A stretch of DNA of 64,000 nucleotides from Lama guanicoe (taxonomy: Eukaryota): the NCBI GenBank assembly GCA_013239625.1, contig MU054662.1:13815798-13879797 (forward strand), read 5' to 3'. The stretch's first letter is position 1; every line of letters begins with the position of its first letter. The position numbers were made by a program, and so were the translations under genes. This document shows, piece after piece, positions 62,016 through 64,000 of this stretch. Below the pieces are notes generated by a model. That model was not told the origin of the DNA and did not search any database. It saw nothing but the letters and a program-made list of their open reading frames with translations.

Positions 62016-64000
62016 GTGAGTCTGATGAAGTTCACTGTTTTTGCCACCAGAGTCTGGCTTCAGACATCAAAAGAAACTTGCCCTCAAATTAAAAAAAAAA
62101 ACAAAATTGGATTCAATAAACCACCTTCTAAACAGCCCCCGAAACTTAAGGCCAAGATTAGACGATTTAAAACTCGGGGCCAGCTGTAAAAGTTTCTTTC
62201 TTTGTTTTCTCAACATGTGCTCACAAGAAAACCTTGAAACCTCCATTGATTTTCCTTGTTCCAGGAATGTGGGCTGCCTTCCACACACTATTCATTAAGC
62301 AGTGGGAAGCAGAATTTTTCTGGAGCCAAAATCGTCCTCGGCTGCCACTTCCCATGCTGCCTTCCATGACAAGCAAAAAGGAAAAAACAGTTCATGCTGC
62401 CACCATCTCACGCGACTCCGCACTCCCCGCGCTGACTGCTCGCGCCTCCCCGGCCGCGCCCGGCGCCTCCCGAGGGCCCCCGGGTCTTCCGCCTCCACTC
62501 CCAGCCGCCGCCTGGCGGCTCCGACGCCAGGGCCTGGGGGCCTGAGCTCCCGAGAGCCCGGCGTCCCTGCAGAAGATCCACGTGCACCCGAACGCCGCTG
62601 CAGACGGCAGAGCGGCTGTCGTCCCAGCCGCCATCCCTCAAGAGCTGCTGTTGTCGTGCGGGGCTCCTGGCAATCAGCGGAACAGATGAGCGCGTCTGAA
62701 GTATTGGTTAAACACGATCGGACCTTGAAAACCACACCTCGGGGTGCGCACGCGTGTTTTTGCTGAGAGACCATGTGTGTCGGGTAGTCCACAGAAGTAA
62801 AGACTAAATCAAGCAGAAACTAGCTGAATAAGGCAGAATGTGGAGCCTTGCAAGTTCATTAAAAATAAATTGGATGCTTGTCTCCTGAGCCTTTTTGTAG
62901 CACTATTTCACTTCGTATTTATTACCCTTAAAAAATGAAGGCTTCAAAGGAGTCCGGAAAAGCCATGCGTCTGCCTTTCCTCTCCTAGAACACGACCCTA
63001 ACGCATGTGCAGCTTCTAAAGCGGAATCCGACGGCAGTGAAGTCAAGCGGCCCAGCCGGCGCTGGACCCGTCGCTCTCGGGTTATTATGCTAACTTGAAT
63101 GCCGCCAGACCCACTTGCTCATAAAATCCCCTTGCCCACGGAAAAGACTCGCTTTCAGAGGGGACGCCCTGGCACAGGGGCTAGACTGGTACCCGGCAGA
63201 ACCCGCCAACACTGAGCCGGGAAGCCTCTTCCTTTCCAGAGCCCCCCAGGGCGACACTCGTGTCTGAGGTCCCCTCAGAGCAGAGACTTTAGGACGGCTC
63301 TGTCTCCCGCCTCGTCTTCCTGTTTCACAAACAAGCACAGAGCCGCTGTCTTCAGCCATCAGTGATCGAATCCAACAAACACGCATGGCGTCTCTGTCTT
63401 GGGTTTGGGGGCGAGTGACAACACAATGTTCCAGATGTTTCGTTCTCGTCTGAGCCCTCTGATCAGTGCTGTCGACAACGTTCTTGGCGTCGACAAACAC
63501 CGAACAGAGAAAACTAAGTGCGGGCGGGGGGGCAGGAAGGGAGGGACCACTTGATCGGGAAGAGCGCCCCCAGCAGGAGGTCTAGGGTCCCTCGGAGGAA
63601 ACGTGTGCAGGGCCGGGGCGGCCGGGGCAGGACGCAGGTGTCCAGGCAGGCCGGGCAGAGAGACAGGAGGGCGGAGGCAGCGAGAGCGTCCTTGCCCACG
63701 GCCCTCCTCGTGGAAGCACGCGCGTCACAGGAGACACAGAAGGAGCCCTTGTTATCTCGACCAGGGGGCGAGAAAGCAGGAAGCCACAACTGTGTCTCCT
63801 GATTCTGCCCGTCGGCCTTGAACACCCAGCTTCCTGTCGTTTTTGTTTATTGCAATATGCGTGGGGTGTAACACAGCACAAGTGTGGGCACGTGTGTCCC
63901 GCCCACAAGGGGTCAGTAGCAAAGCAAGACGCATTAGAGAAGTAACGCCTTGACTACCCAGACTCACGCGAACATTTTTTCGATGTTCAATTGCTATTTC

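Noticed and set aside
1-64000. Hundreds of 60-238 aa ORFs in the six-frame track (e.g. 5256-5900, 15402-16034, 35920-36555, 36611-37327, 55516-56217)
   Set aside because: They are Pro/Gly/Arg/Ala/Ser-rich, overlap on both strands, often start at non-ATG codons and have no recognisable domains. This is expected from stop-codon scarcity in GC-rich mammalian DNA.
1-64000. CRISPR arrays, operons, rRNA/snRNA/known miRNA genes or other prokaryote-type systems
   Set aside because: The sequence is clearly mammalian (L1/L2/MIR/MaLR). I saw no regularly spaced repeat-spacer array and recognised no structural RNA gene.

Overview
Mammalian non-coding DNA, most likely a camelid (camel/alpaca/llama). The assignment rests on a tRNA-derived SINE of the camelid Vic-1 type at ~17.65-17.79 kb and several camelid-style L1 3' ends, recognised from memory of the consensuses rather than by a database search. 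The window is GC- and CpG-rich, like a subtelomeric gene desert or a large intron. I find no supportable protein-coding gene. The ORF track is the noise expected from GC-rich DNA, except for degenerate L1 ORF2 C-terminal remnants. Content: dispersed repeats (L1 3' ends, L2, MIR, MLT1 LTRs, two ERV1-class solo LTRs, hAT DNA transposons MER5A/MER33/MER63/MER113-like), two nested insertions with target-site duplications, microsatellites, a 169-N assembly gap, and several AT-rich homeodomain-motif islands that look like conserved enhancers. The most unusual structure is a ~2.2 kb head-to-tail tandem duplication (47850-50071 / 50072-52270). Its breakpoint sits at the 5' edge of a solo LTR, and its copies are a mosaic of diverged and identical blocks. 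There is also a small composite of direct and inverted local duplications at 2.9-4.6 kb. I see no evidence of a new biological system. Repeat family names and boundaries are approximate (about +/-10-30 bp unless stated).
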